IMG/VR virus record: IMGVR_UViG_3300031228_000006
Span: 1-61,388 of that record
Length of the DNA: 61,388 bases
Origin: a virus
Taxonomy: Duplodnaviria; Caudoviricetes
Strand: one strand, 5' to 3'
In this document: in pieces, positions 44,096-52,053 of the stretch
How positions within the stretch are numbered: position 1 is the stretch's first letter
Layout: every line of letters begins with the position of its first letter
Notes under the pieces: model-generated
What the model was told of the DNA's origin: nothing
Databases searched by the model: none
What the model saw: the letters and a program-made list of their open reading frames with translations, nothing else
Position numbers and translations under genes: made by a program

Positions 44096-45299
44096 GGATG
44101 CGGTCCTCTTTCTCGACTGAAACGATGCGGTTCTCCGCTGCTACGGAGTATACGCGAGACTCACTAGCCACGGTCGTCATTCGGCCGGGGTCGGGGGTGA
44201 CGTCGGACGGCGGCGGCTGGAACCGCAGGAAGCCCCCGGAGACCGAGTCAGACTGGCCGCTGACCGGCAGGGCGAGCGCGATGACGCCCCCGGAGCCGGA
44301 CGTCGCTGCCGAGGTTCCCGAGACGCCCAGGGCGGCCGAGGTTTCGATCGTAGAGGTGCTCGTGCTGGCCGACTCGCCGGACACCGGGATCCGGGCCGCG
44401 ATATCGAGCGAGGAGTCACTCAGGGTGGCCGTCTCGCCCGACATGGGTTTCCGGGCCGCGATTGCCAGCGAGGAGTCGCTGATCGATTCGGAGGTCCCGG
44501 CGATCGGGCGCGTGGCGGCAATCTCCGCCGAGCCGGACGACGAGGACTCGGACGGCCCCGAGGTCACCGTGGCATTCAGAGTGGGGGTCAGCGACGAGGC
44601 CGAGGCGCTCGCGCTCGTGCCGGAGATGGCGTACGCCGTACCGGGCGGGGGCGGGTCTACAGCGTTGATCGCGAAGACCAGTCGCTCGCACGACATGCTC
44701 GTGATCGTCGAGGTGGCCGCCGAGGAGTACGTCGCCCCGACCTGATCTTCGAGGTAGGAAAGCGAGTAGCCGTAGCCGTCGGTCACCGCCAGGGGTACGC
44801 CGGTGTCCACAGCCTCGGCGCCGTTGCTCCAGGTGAACGACGACGGCGTCGCGCCGGTGATGTCCTGGCCGACGACTGCCGCTCGGAAGTCGGCCGCAGC
44901 GGTCAGGCCAGACAGCGAGGGCCCGGCGCCGCCAGAGGCTGAAACATTTCCCTGTGCGGCGGAGCCGATGAAGGCCGATCCGGCGGCGAACTCATAGATG
45001 TCGAAGACGACCGGGTAGTTCGAGCCGTTGTGCGTCGTGGAGAAGGTGTCGCCACCGGCGGCCGTCCGGTACCAGAGGTAGAGACCGGTGTTGTTGACCG
45101 CCGAGCCCCCGGCGGGCAGCGTCCAGCCGCTCGGGGTCGTGCTCGTCACGGCACCCTCGGCCAGGACGACCAGGAGCCGCCCGGCGGTCGGTGTAAACGC
45201 GCTGCCAGCGACAACCGTCCCAGAGGCCGGATTGACCGTGTGCGAGTTCGTGCCGTTGCGCGGGGCGGCGATGGTGACGTGGTTCAGCCACTTGACCAT
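44076..45299 (-). CDS. putative head/neck fibre protein with Ser/Ala-rich ~19-aa repeats
   Basis: Beta-rich N-terminal domain followed by (I/V)SG.S...S.SS..I repeats. Confidence 0.6.
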   Translation of the reverse strand: MVKWLNHVTIAAPRNGTNSHTVNPASGTVVAGSAFTPTAGRLLVVLAEGAVTSTTPSGWTLPAGGSAVNNTGLYLWYRTAAGGDTFSTTHNGSNYPVVFDIYEFAAGSAFIGSAAQGNVSASGGAGPSLSGLTAAADFRAAVVGQDITGATPSSFTWSNGAEAVDTGVPLAVTDGYGYSLSYLEDQVGATYSSAATSTITSMSCERLVFAINAVDPPPPGTAYAISGTSASASASSLTPTLNATVTSGPSESSSSGSAEIAATRPIAGTSESISDSSLAIAARKPMSGETATLSDSSLDIAARIPVSGESASTSTSTIETSAALGVSGTSAATSGSGGVIALALPVSGQSDSVSGGFLRFQPPPSDVTPDPGRMTTVASESRVYSVAAENRIVSVEKEDRIHGVDPA

Positions 45300-45312
45300 G
45301 GCCTATAGCCCG

Positions 45313-45663
45313 TCAGTCGAGCGTGTGGCGAAGGGACCCGGCGGCCACGGTCAGCGTGTCGCCGGTCAGGAGCGAGCGCGGGTTGTCGACGGGCTCCCAG
45401 GTCGACTTCTGAACGCCACCGGTGGAGGCCGAGAAGGTAGCCCAGTGCGTGACGTCGGTGGGGCCGGTGGCAACGGCCGAGGTGAGCGCGCTGGCGTTCT
45501 CCTTGACGGACGGAGTCGCGGCGGAGGCGTTCGTCCAGTCGGTGACCGCCGTACGCGCCACGGCTGACAGGGTGCCCGATGAGTCCGAGGCCCACGCGAT
45601 ATAGTCGGTGTCGACGAACACGTTATCCAGTGCCTGCTGCTGCATCGCCTGAGTCATTGACAT
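45313..45663 (-). CDS. putative virion fibre-associated protein
   Basis: VTHWATFSASTGG...L.GDTLT..AGSL...LD. Confidence 0.6.
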   Translation of the reverse strand: MSMTQAMQQQALDNVFVDTDYIAWASDSSGTLSAVARTAVTDWTNASAATPSVKENASALTSAVATGPTDVTHWATFSASTGGVQKSTWEPVDNPRSLLTGDTLTVAAGSLRHTLD

Positions 45664-45704
45664 GGTGGTGCTCCTGAGTCCTAGTGGTGTGCTCAGGATA
45701 GCAG

Positions 45705-46028
45705 TCAGGAGCCGACCTTCAGGTCAGTTGTCCGGCCGTTCTCAATCCAGACGAACTCGCCGTCAGGACCAACCGGCAGATGCTTCCGGCACCCGCAGCA
45801 GTAGGTGGCTCCGTAGAACCTCGGATCGCGAGCGTACGTCTCGGCGATCGGCAACGCCATGGTGGTCTGGGCGCCACACGGGAGGTGCAGGTAGGACTTC
45901 CTGACCGGACGAATGAAGCCCTGCTTGCGCTCCTCGTCGGAGAGGACCAGGTACGCCTCGGCTTGGTCTACGGGCTCCTCGTCGGCGCCATGCGTCAGGC
46001 GAGGGTCGTTCGGGTCGTCGGTGATCAT
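45705..46028 (-). CDS. Cys-rich hypothetical protein
   Basis: YLVLS.EER..GFIRPVR..Y.H..CG..TTM...AETYARDP.FYG.TYCCGC; TATCCT 6 nt before ATG. Confidence 0.75.
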   Translation of the reverse strand: MITDDPNDPRLTHGADEEPVDQAEAYLVLSDEERKQGFIRPVRKSYLHLPCGAQTTMALPIAETYARDPRFYGATYCCGCRKHLPVGPDGEFVWIENGRTTDLKVGS

Positions 46029-46148
46029 GTCTCCAGGATACCAGCGGAACGCGCGGCCCGACCCGGGGTCATCTTCCACCGTTCCGGACTTCTCGGGCCG
46101 CGCTAGTCCTCGTCAGGACTTCCTGCCCAGGAGGCCCCGCCAGCATAG

Positions 46149-46180
46149 CAAAACCCCCCGACCCGAAGGCCGAGGGGTCT
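46149..46180 (-). terminator. Terminator after the major capsid gene
   Basis: Hairpin followed by TTTTT on the - strand. Confidence 0.6.
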
Positions 46181-46200
46181 CACTATCCGAGATGGGTGAC

Positions 46201-47247
46201 TCAGGCGAAGACTGCGCCACCGTTGGAGAAGGTCGGCGTCAACTTGACGATCCGAACGTTCTTCCGGGTGTTGACGGCCTGGACGGAGATGTCCGTGCCG
46301 TCCTTGTTCTTCATGACGGCGAGGTCCTCGTCGTTGAACTCGCCGGTCTCGACGATGAAGTTGCCGTTGGCGTCCCGCTCGTCCCGGATCTCGTTGACAC
46401 CCATGAAGGTGGAGACGATCGACCGGTCGCGCAGGTAGTTGGCGTCGTAGTCCTGGACCCAGCGCATCGAGATCCCCCGACGGGAGATGCCCGAGTTGCC
46501 GGTGACCGCACCACGGGGCACGTCCGGCGCAGCGTTTCCGAGCACGAAGGACGTGCCGTGGAAGTAGAACGCCTCGTCGGGCTCAAGCCCGTTGTGCTCG
46601 ATCACGAGCGAGTTGGACAGACGGCCGATGACCGCGTCGCGAACGGCCGGGGAGACCGTGTCAGCGAGGTCGGCGTTGGACAGACGCTCGGAGGCACGCC
46701 AGGCGGCTCCGACGTTGTTGCCGACCACGAAGAGGCGACCCGAATACGGGGCGACCTTGTCGGAGTCCATGAGACGCTTCGCCTCGGCGGCCACCAGGTG
46801 GGGGTCGTCGGTGTTGGCGTTGAACGCGAGATCGTGCTTCGCGTTGTTGGCGCGGATGGCCGTGAGCGCCCGGGACTCGATCCGACCCGCGACCGCCTCG
46901 GTCTGCGGGAGCAGAACGTCGGATGCGAACTCGATCTCGTCCAGGGTGAAGTGCTCATCCTCAAGGCCGGTGGCCGAGTAGATGTGGCTGTCCAACTTGA
47001 TCGGGATCCGGCCGCCGGTCTGGTAGATGTCGTCCAGCACGATGGGGCCGGTACGGCCACGGAAGTCGTAGTCGCGGGCGACAGCGATGCTGCCGTCCTT
47101 GACCTTGAGCATGACCGTGTCGCCCTTGGCGCCGACGAAGTTCTGCTTGCCTGCGATGGTGAGGAAGAGCGGCAGGATCAACTGCTGCTCGACCATCGGC
47201 AGGACAAGGCTGGACTGCTTTTCGGCCTTGACCTTCTTTACCGCCAT
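46201..47247 (-). CDS. major capsid protein (P22-coat-like actinophage type)
   Basis: F.GAKGDTV...ARDY.FR...IV.DD...MRWVQDYD...DRSIV; AAGGAGG RBS; follows the scaffold gene. Confidence 0.9.
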   Translation of the reverse strand: MAVKKVKAEKQSSLVLPMVEQQLILPLFLTIAGKQNFVGAKGDTVMLKVKDGSIAVARDYDFRGRTGPIVLDDIYQTGGRIPIKLDSHIYSATGLEDEHFTLDEIEFASDVLLPQTEAVAGRIESRALTAIRANNAKHDLAFNANTDDPHLVAAEAKRLMDSDKVAPYSGRLFVVGNNVGAAWRASERLSNADLADTVSPAVRDAVIGRLSNSLVIEHNGLEPDEAFYFHGTSFVLGNAAPDVPRGAVTGNSGISRRGISMRWVQDYDANYLRDRSIVSTFMGVNEIRDERDANGNFIVETGEFNDEDLAVMKNKDGTDISVQAVNTRKNVRIVKLTPTFSNGGAVFA

Positions 47248-47330
47248 GAGCGGCCTCCTTAGGAACTTGGGTTGCTTGGGTTCAGCGCCCCAAGCCTAGG
47301 AGGCACGTCTTCTTCAGCCAGTTTACACGG
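47248..47330 (-). promoter_or_regulatory. Conserved structured leader, copy 2 (major capsid)
   Basis: Near-identical to 42026-42105. Confidence 0.8.
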
Positions 47331-47338
47331 CTTAAGGT

Positions 47339-47959
47339 CTAGAAGAGGTCGCGGTTCACCAAACCGGCAGCGATCTTCTCGGGATCGAAGTTGGCAGGCT
47401 CCTTGCCGCTCTTCGGGTCGCCGGGGGTCTTGAGGCGCGAAACGGGGCGAACGAAGCCGTTGAACTCGGGCTCGTCCTCATCGTTGTCGTCGTCGTCATC
47501 GTCGCCGGGCTTGCCGTCCTCGCCGAGGCCGAAGTCCTTCTTGACGTCCTCGATGGACTTCTTGATCGCGTCCTCGTCCTCGCCGGTGACGTACTTGGCG
47601 TGGGTGTCGGAGAGGCCAGCCTCGCGGAGCAGGTCTGCGCGCGTCTTCGCCTTCACGGCGTCGTCGCGCTCGGTGGTCATCTTGGCCAGGTCGGTCTCCA
47701 ACTTGGAGATCTTCTTGGTCGCCTCGGCGCCGTTGGCGGACTCGGCCTGGGTCTTCAGGTCCTCGTTCGTCGCCTCCAGCGTGGTCACCTGCTCCTTGGC
47801 GTCGTCGCGAGCGTCCTGGGCCTTGGCCTTGTCGGTGACAAGCCCGTGGATGTACTTCTTCAACTTGGGCTTGTCGATCTCGGCGTCGGTGCCACCCTCG
47901 GTCTCCCACGGGGCGCGGAAGTTGTCGAGGGCCGGGATTGCTTCGATGTGCTTCGGCAT
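47339..47959 (-). CDS. scaffolding protein
   Basis: Acidic coiled coil directly upstream of the capsid gene. Confidence 0.8.
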   Translation of the reverse strand: MPKHIEAIPALDNFRAPWETEGGTDAEIDKPKLKKYIHGLVTDKAKAQDARDDAKEQVTTLEATNEDLKTQAESANGAEATKKISKLETDLAKMTTERDDAVKAKTRADLLREAGLSDTHAKYVTGEDEDAIKKSIEDVKKDFGLGEDGKPGDDDDDDNDEDEPEFNGFVRPVSRLKTPGDPKSGKEPANFDPEKIAAGLVNRDLF

Positions 47960-47978
47960 TGCGGGTGACCTCCTGCGG

Positions 47979-47993
47979 TCTCAGTCCATGAGA
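47979..47993. promoter_or_regulatory. Operator variant TCTCA-N5-TGAGA upstream of the scaffold gene
   Basis: TCTCAgtccaTGAGA. Confidence 0.5.
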
Positions 47994-48049
47994 TGCCTCT
48001 TGACATCTCTAGTGTGGATCAGGCTATCAGATTGACTCGTGTAAACGAC

Positions 48050-48889
48050 TCAAGCGTCCGGCTTCCAATCCTTCGATCCAGTCTCGCGCCAGTGGTTGTA
48101 GCCCTGGCGGAAGTTGTTGATGGCTTCCTTGCCCTTGCCGACGCCCCACAGGCCCCACAGTTCGGCGGCCTCCAGCGACTCCTTGGCGTACTTGTCGTCG
48201 CGCGAGTAGACCGGCTTCAGTGAGCAGTGGCACTCGTCGTGGACCTTGGCATCTGCGGCGCCGGTGAAGCGCGAGTTCGATTCCCGGAAGGAGTCCTCGT
48301 TGAACGGGCGCCACTCGAACCTGCTGGCCAGCATTACGCAGAAGTAGCAGGGGCCGGTCTCGCTGGTGCCGAGCACCCTGACGTACGCCAGGGCGGTCTC
48401 ATCCTTCGCGGAGTTCTCGAAGATCGTCTGGCGCCCTCCGGCCTGGGCGTGCCGGAGCGTGGCGGCGGCCAGGTTGTTGGCGATGATCAACTGCTCCTTG
48501 CTGGATAGCCTCTTGACGCCGTCGTCCTTCTTCTTCATCTTGTTGGCGTAGTCGTAGGGGCCCACGGCCAGCAGGGACTCGCGTACGCCCTGGTCCACGG
48601 TGCCGGTGGCGATCACCGGCGAGTAGAGCGGGGCGCCGGGTGCCTCGATGCCTCGGATGCCGAGGAAGTACGCCGCCGCGCGCCGGGCGCTGTCGTCGGA
48701 GGTCTTGATCAGCGCCGGGACCATGAGATCCAGCCAGCGGTTCACGCTGGCCAGACTCATCGGGTCCACCTTCTGGAGGTAGTAGGCGGCGACGATCGCG
48801 GCGATCTTGTCGGCCGCCATACCCTCGACGCGCCGGTACGCCTCCGTCAGTGCCACCGCCTGGGCGATCTGGGCCTCACTCAGTGTCAC
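48050..48889 (-). CDS. capsid maturation / MuF-like head protein
   Basis: GGR.T...YVRV...PCYFCVMLASR...HDECHC. Confidence 0.75.
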   Translation of the reverse strand: MTLSEAQIAQAVALTEAYRRVEGMAADKIAAIVAAYYLQKVDPMSLASVNRWLDLMVPALIKTSDDSARRAAAYFLGIRGIEAPGAPLYSPVIATGTVDQGVRESLLAVGPYDYANKMKKKDDGVKRLSSKEQLIIANNLAAATLRHAQAGGRQTIFENSAKDETALAYVRVLGTSETGPCYFCVMLASRFEWRPFNEDSFRESNSRFTGAADAKVHDECHCSLKPVYSRDDKYAKESLEAAELWGLWGVGKGKEAINNFRQGYNHWRETGSKDWKPDA

Positions 48890-50342
48890 CGGCGGGCTCC
48901 GGGTTCGGGTTGTTGTTGCCTGCCTCGATGGCCAACTGCTCCAAGATCTGGTTCAGCGCGCCGGACTCGATCAGTTGCTTGGCTCGGGTGGAGTCGTTGT
49001 CGGTCCAGCCGGGCAACTTCTCCCAGAGCATCTCGACGGGGATGTGCAGTCCCTCGGCCAACTTCGTCAGGGCGTCGGCGGTCTGGGACAGCGAGCGGGA
49101 CTCGACGTCGCGCCACTGCACCTGGAGATCCCAAGCAGCGGCGGTGATCATGTCGCCCTCCATCATGGCGGCCAGGCGAGCCATCTGCTCGTGGAACTCG
49201 GCCGCGTTCGTACGGAAGGCGTGGCCTCGTCGCTGGAGACCCTCGTTGGCAGCGGCGAGCGCCTCGGCCTGAAGATTCGAGGAGAGGCCCAGCAGGTGGT
49301 GCGGGGGGATCTGTGCGACGGCCGAGAGGATCCGCAGGTCGGCGTCGGTCACCGAGATCTGGCCGTCCAGCGGGTCAGCCGGGAGCACGCCGAACCTGGT
49401 CTCATGACTGGTCGAGACCAGGAGGTCCTGCATGCTCAACTTCATCGCCTGGGCGTTCTCTTCGTCCTCCTTCGACGGCTTCGCCATGCCCGCGATGTAG
49501 CGGACCTGCCAGGCGCCGAAGCGCTGCTTGATCAGGCGATCGAAGGTGCCCTGGTCGATCCGGCGGAGCAGGGGGAGGACGGGCTCGATCTCACCGACCG
49601 CGTTCCCGTCCAGGTCCATCCTGTTGGCCAGGCGAGCGACCGGCGGGACCGGGACGCCGTGCGTAGAGTGGTCGAGGTACTTCCACTCCTTCCTCTCGGT
49701 CCCGTTGCTGGTGCAGGTCAGGTTGTGAATGACGTACGCATCGAAAACGCGCACGGACCAGCCATCGGCGATAAAGCCGGTCTCCGGGTCCTTGACCTGG
49801 TTCGGCTCAGCCTCGATCGTGAAGATCGACCACTCGTCGTCGTCGTTGTCATAGAAGCCAGCCATCCGAATGGCAGAGCGACCCATCATCTTCGACATCT
49901 TGTTGCCGGTCAGCGGATCCTTGCCCGGGATGACGATGCCGTAGGAGACGCCGTGGGCGGTGGCCGACTCGTGGATGGCGTTCTGCTTGGAGCCCCAGCG
50001 GTTGCGCTCGAAGGTCTCCCAGGTCGACAACTTGACGCCCGAGTTCCCCTTGCTGATGCCCTCCATGTTGGCCAGGCTGGCGATCGTGGTGGAGATCAGC
50101 CCGGCGAACATGTTCGAGGAGAGGCCGCGCAGGTTCTCGAACTCGGCGCTGTGGGCCGCCTTGTCCGGCGAGAACGGCTGGCCGAAGGCGCGGTCATCCT
50201 CGTTCAGATCCTCGCTGTACTCGTACTGGCGACCGGTGCGCCAGGCCTCCAGTTTCTGAGCCTCCTGGCGCGATCGGAGGAAGGACGGGAAGTATTCCAC
50301 GCACATATCGATGACGTCGCCCTGCCGCATGGCCTTCGCCAT
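48876..50342 (-). CDS. portal protein (SPP1 gp6-like)
   Basis: About 488 aa; HGVPVPPV...NR.DL.G...GEIEP...W.D.ESRS. Confidence 0.9.
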   Translation of the reverse strand: MAKAMRQGDVIDMCVEYFPSFLRSRQEAQKLEAWRTGRQYEYSEDLNEDDRAFGQPFSPDKAAHSAEFENLRGLSSNMFAGLISTTIASLANMEGISKGNSGVKLSTWETFERNRWGSKQNAIHESATAHGVSYGIVIPGKDPLTGNKMSKMMGRSAIRMAGFYDNDDDEWSIFTIEAEPNQVKDPETGFIADGWSVRVFDAYVIHNLTCTSNGTERKEWKYLDHSTHGVPVPPVARLANRMDLDGNAVGEIEPVLPLLRRIDQGTFDRLIKQRFGAWQVRYIAGMAKPSKEDEENAQAMKLSMQDLLVSTSHETRFGVLPADPLDGQISVTDADLRILSAVAQIPPHHLLGLSSNLQAEALAAANEGLQRRGHAFRTNAAEFHEQMARLAAMMEGDMITAAAWDLQVQWRDVESRSLSQTADALTKLAEGLHIPVEMLWEKLPGWTDNDSTRAKQLIESGALNQILEQLAIEAGNNNPNPEPAGDTE

Positions 50343-50422
50343 CGTGTCCTCCTGGAGATCGTGTAAACGCGAGTAGTGACATCGTACCGGAGCCCGGCGG
50401 CCCGAGCCGCCAAGCACCGGTA

Positions 50423-51868
50423 TCAGATCTCGACGTCGAACTCCTTGTAGAAGTGCGTGTCCGAGCCCTGCTTACCGTGGTTCTCGGAGGCGATCTTCTT
50501 GACCCGCTTGAAGACGATCATGTCGGGCGCCTTGCCGTCGACCACCGAGCCGGACGGCTCGGCGACGCGGTCCATGACCTGAGCGAACTCCTGGTTGTAG
50601 TCGCCACCGGCCAGAGTCGGGTACGGCGAAGACTTCACCCAGTCGACGATCTCGGCGTTGAACTCGGCTACCGGGTCGCGCTGGAAGGGCCCGTGGACGT
50701 CGAGGAGGCGCAGTTCCCTGCCGTCCACCTCGATGGTGACCGTGATCGGAGCCCGGGGATCGTGCATGGCGCCGACCTTGGGACCCTTCCAGGTCTCCTC
50801 CAGGTCGAGGAGGCCCTTGAACAGCACCGCGACGTCATTGCGCACGAGCACCGTGTTGGACGAGGTCTCGATGACGTGGCCGTCGTTCTTGCGTACCGGC
50901 GCGAACTGGATGACCCTGTAGCCCGGGATGTTCCACTTGCCGTACATCTGCGCCGTCTCCTGGAGGAGCACGGCGTGCGGCCGGGTCTTCGCCAGGAGTG
51001 CGGAGTAGGTCTTGTTGACCTCGGCCGGAACCCGCTTGACGTAGACGTTGTGGATGCCGATCCGCACCCGGACCTTGGCCGGGGGCTCCTCGACCGGGGG
51101 CACGTTCACGAACCGATGAAGGATCTGAAGACCCTCGGGTCCGAGCGACTCGGCGTCGGGGGTGGTCCCTCGGCCGGTCCCGACCTTGTGCCTGCTCTCG
51201 TAGGCGGCCATGGCCTTCCCTGTGGCCGATCCGGCGAAGCCGTCGACCTTCAGGTTGGCGCCGCCCTTGACGTTGAGGGCGTTCTGGATCGCTGCGACAC
51301 CGTGGTAGCGCTTCAGGGGCTCGCCGGTGATGACGCCAGCGCCCTTCTGGAACTCGCGCTGGACCAGCGGCAGGTCGGACTTGACCGTCGGATCCCACTT
51401 CCAGGTGTCCCCGGCCGGTCGGGCGAGGGTGCCCTTGCGGATCTTGTCGGCGACCCGCTTGGCCGTAGCCGCGTTGCTGACGATCTCGAAGTGCATCTCG
51501 TCGGCGCGGTTCTGGTAGTCACCACCCCAGCGGACGACACCCTCCAGGTCGCGGAGGATCGCACGGATGCGCCGCTCCTGCTCGTTACTGAAGGTGTTGC
51601 GCTTCCCGAGAACGTGGGCAGGCGCGTTCAGATCGATGGCCGTGGCCGAGGCGTGGTTGCTGATCGTGCTGGTCGAGCCACGCACGTTCCGCTTGGCCCA
51701 GCCCCAGGACCAGTCCTTGCGGATCTTCTCCACCTCGGAGTCGAAGCGGTCGCTGAGGTAGGTGAAGATGACGTCGACATCGCCGGGCCGAATGCGCCCG
51801 GTGATGTGCGGCATGGTTGCGGGCGGCGGCGAGTCGAAAACAATCCAGCCGTTCTGTGACCGGGCCAT
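50423..51868 (-). CDS. endolysin: M15-type peptidase, PG-binding segment and C-terminal EEP-like domain
   Basis: SQNGW...SNHASATAIDLN...RWGGDY...DEMHFE; C-terminus HNV...LLQE...DVH...GGDYN...D...SDTH. Confidence 0.85.
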   Translation of the reverse strand: MARSQNGWIVFDSPPPATMPHITGRIRPGDVDVIFTYLSDRFDSEVEKIRKDWSWGWAKRNVRGSTSTISNHASATAIDLNAPAHVLGKRNTFSNEQERRIRAILRDLEGVVRWGGDYQNRADEMHFEIVSNAATAKRVADKIRKGTLARPAGDTWKWDPTVKSDLPLVQREFQKGAGVITGEPLKRYHGVAAIQNALNVKGGANLKVDGFAGSATGKAMAAYESRHKVGTGRGTTPDAESLGPEGLQILHRFVNVPPVEEPPAKVRVRIGIHNVYVKRVPAEVNKTYSALLAKTRPHAVLLQETAQMYGKWNIPGYRVIQFAPVRKNDGHVIETSSNTVLVRNDVAVLFKGLLDLEETWKGPKVGAMHDPRAPITVTIEVDGRELRLLDVHGPFQRDPVAEFNAEIVDWVKSSPYPTLAGGDYNQEFAQVMDRVAEPSGSVVDGKAPDMIVFKRVKKIASENHGKQGSDTHFYKEFDVEI

Positions 51869-52014
51869 CACTCGTCACCCGCGTCCGGCTGCTGGTCGCC
51901 CTCGGGCTCAACACCGTCCCAGTCGGGCATCGGCGGAGCGTCGGGGTCGGCGACGGGGTAGAACGGTGGTTCGAGGTTCTCGGGCTCAACCTCGGTGTTC
52001 TCGGTGTCAGACAT
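51868..52014 (-). CDS. small acidic hypothetical protein
   Basis: GGAGG RBS; stop overlaps the endolysin ATG. Confidence 0.55.
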   Translation of the reverse strand: MSDTENTEVEPENLEPPFYPVADPDAPPMPDWDGVEPEGDQQPDAGDE

Positions 52015-52053
52015 GGGTCCTCCAGGGTGGGTGATGGGGTCCAGCGTATCTCA

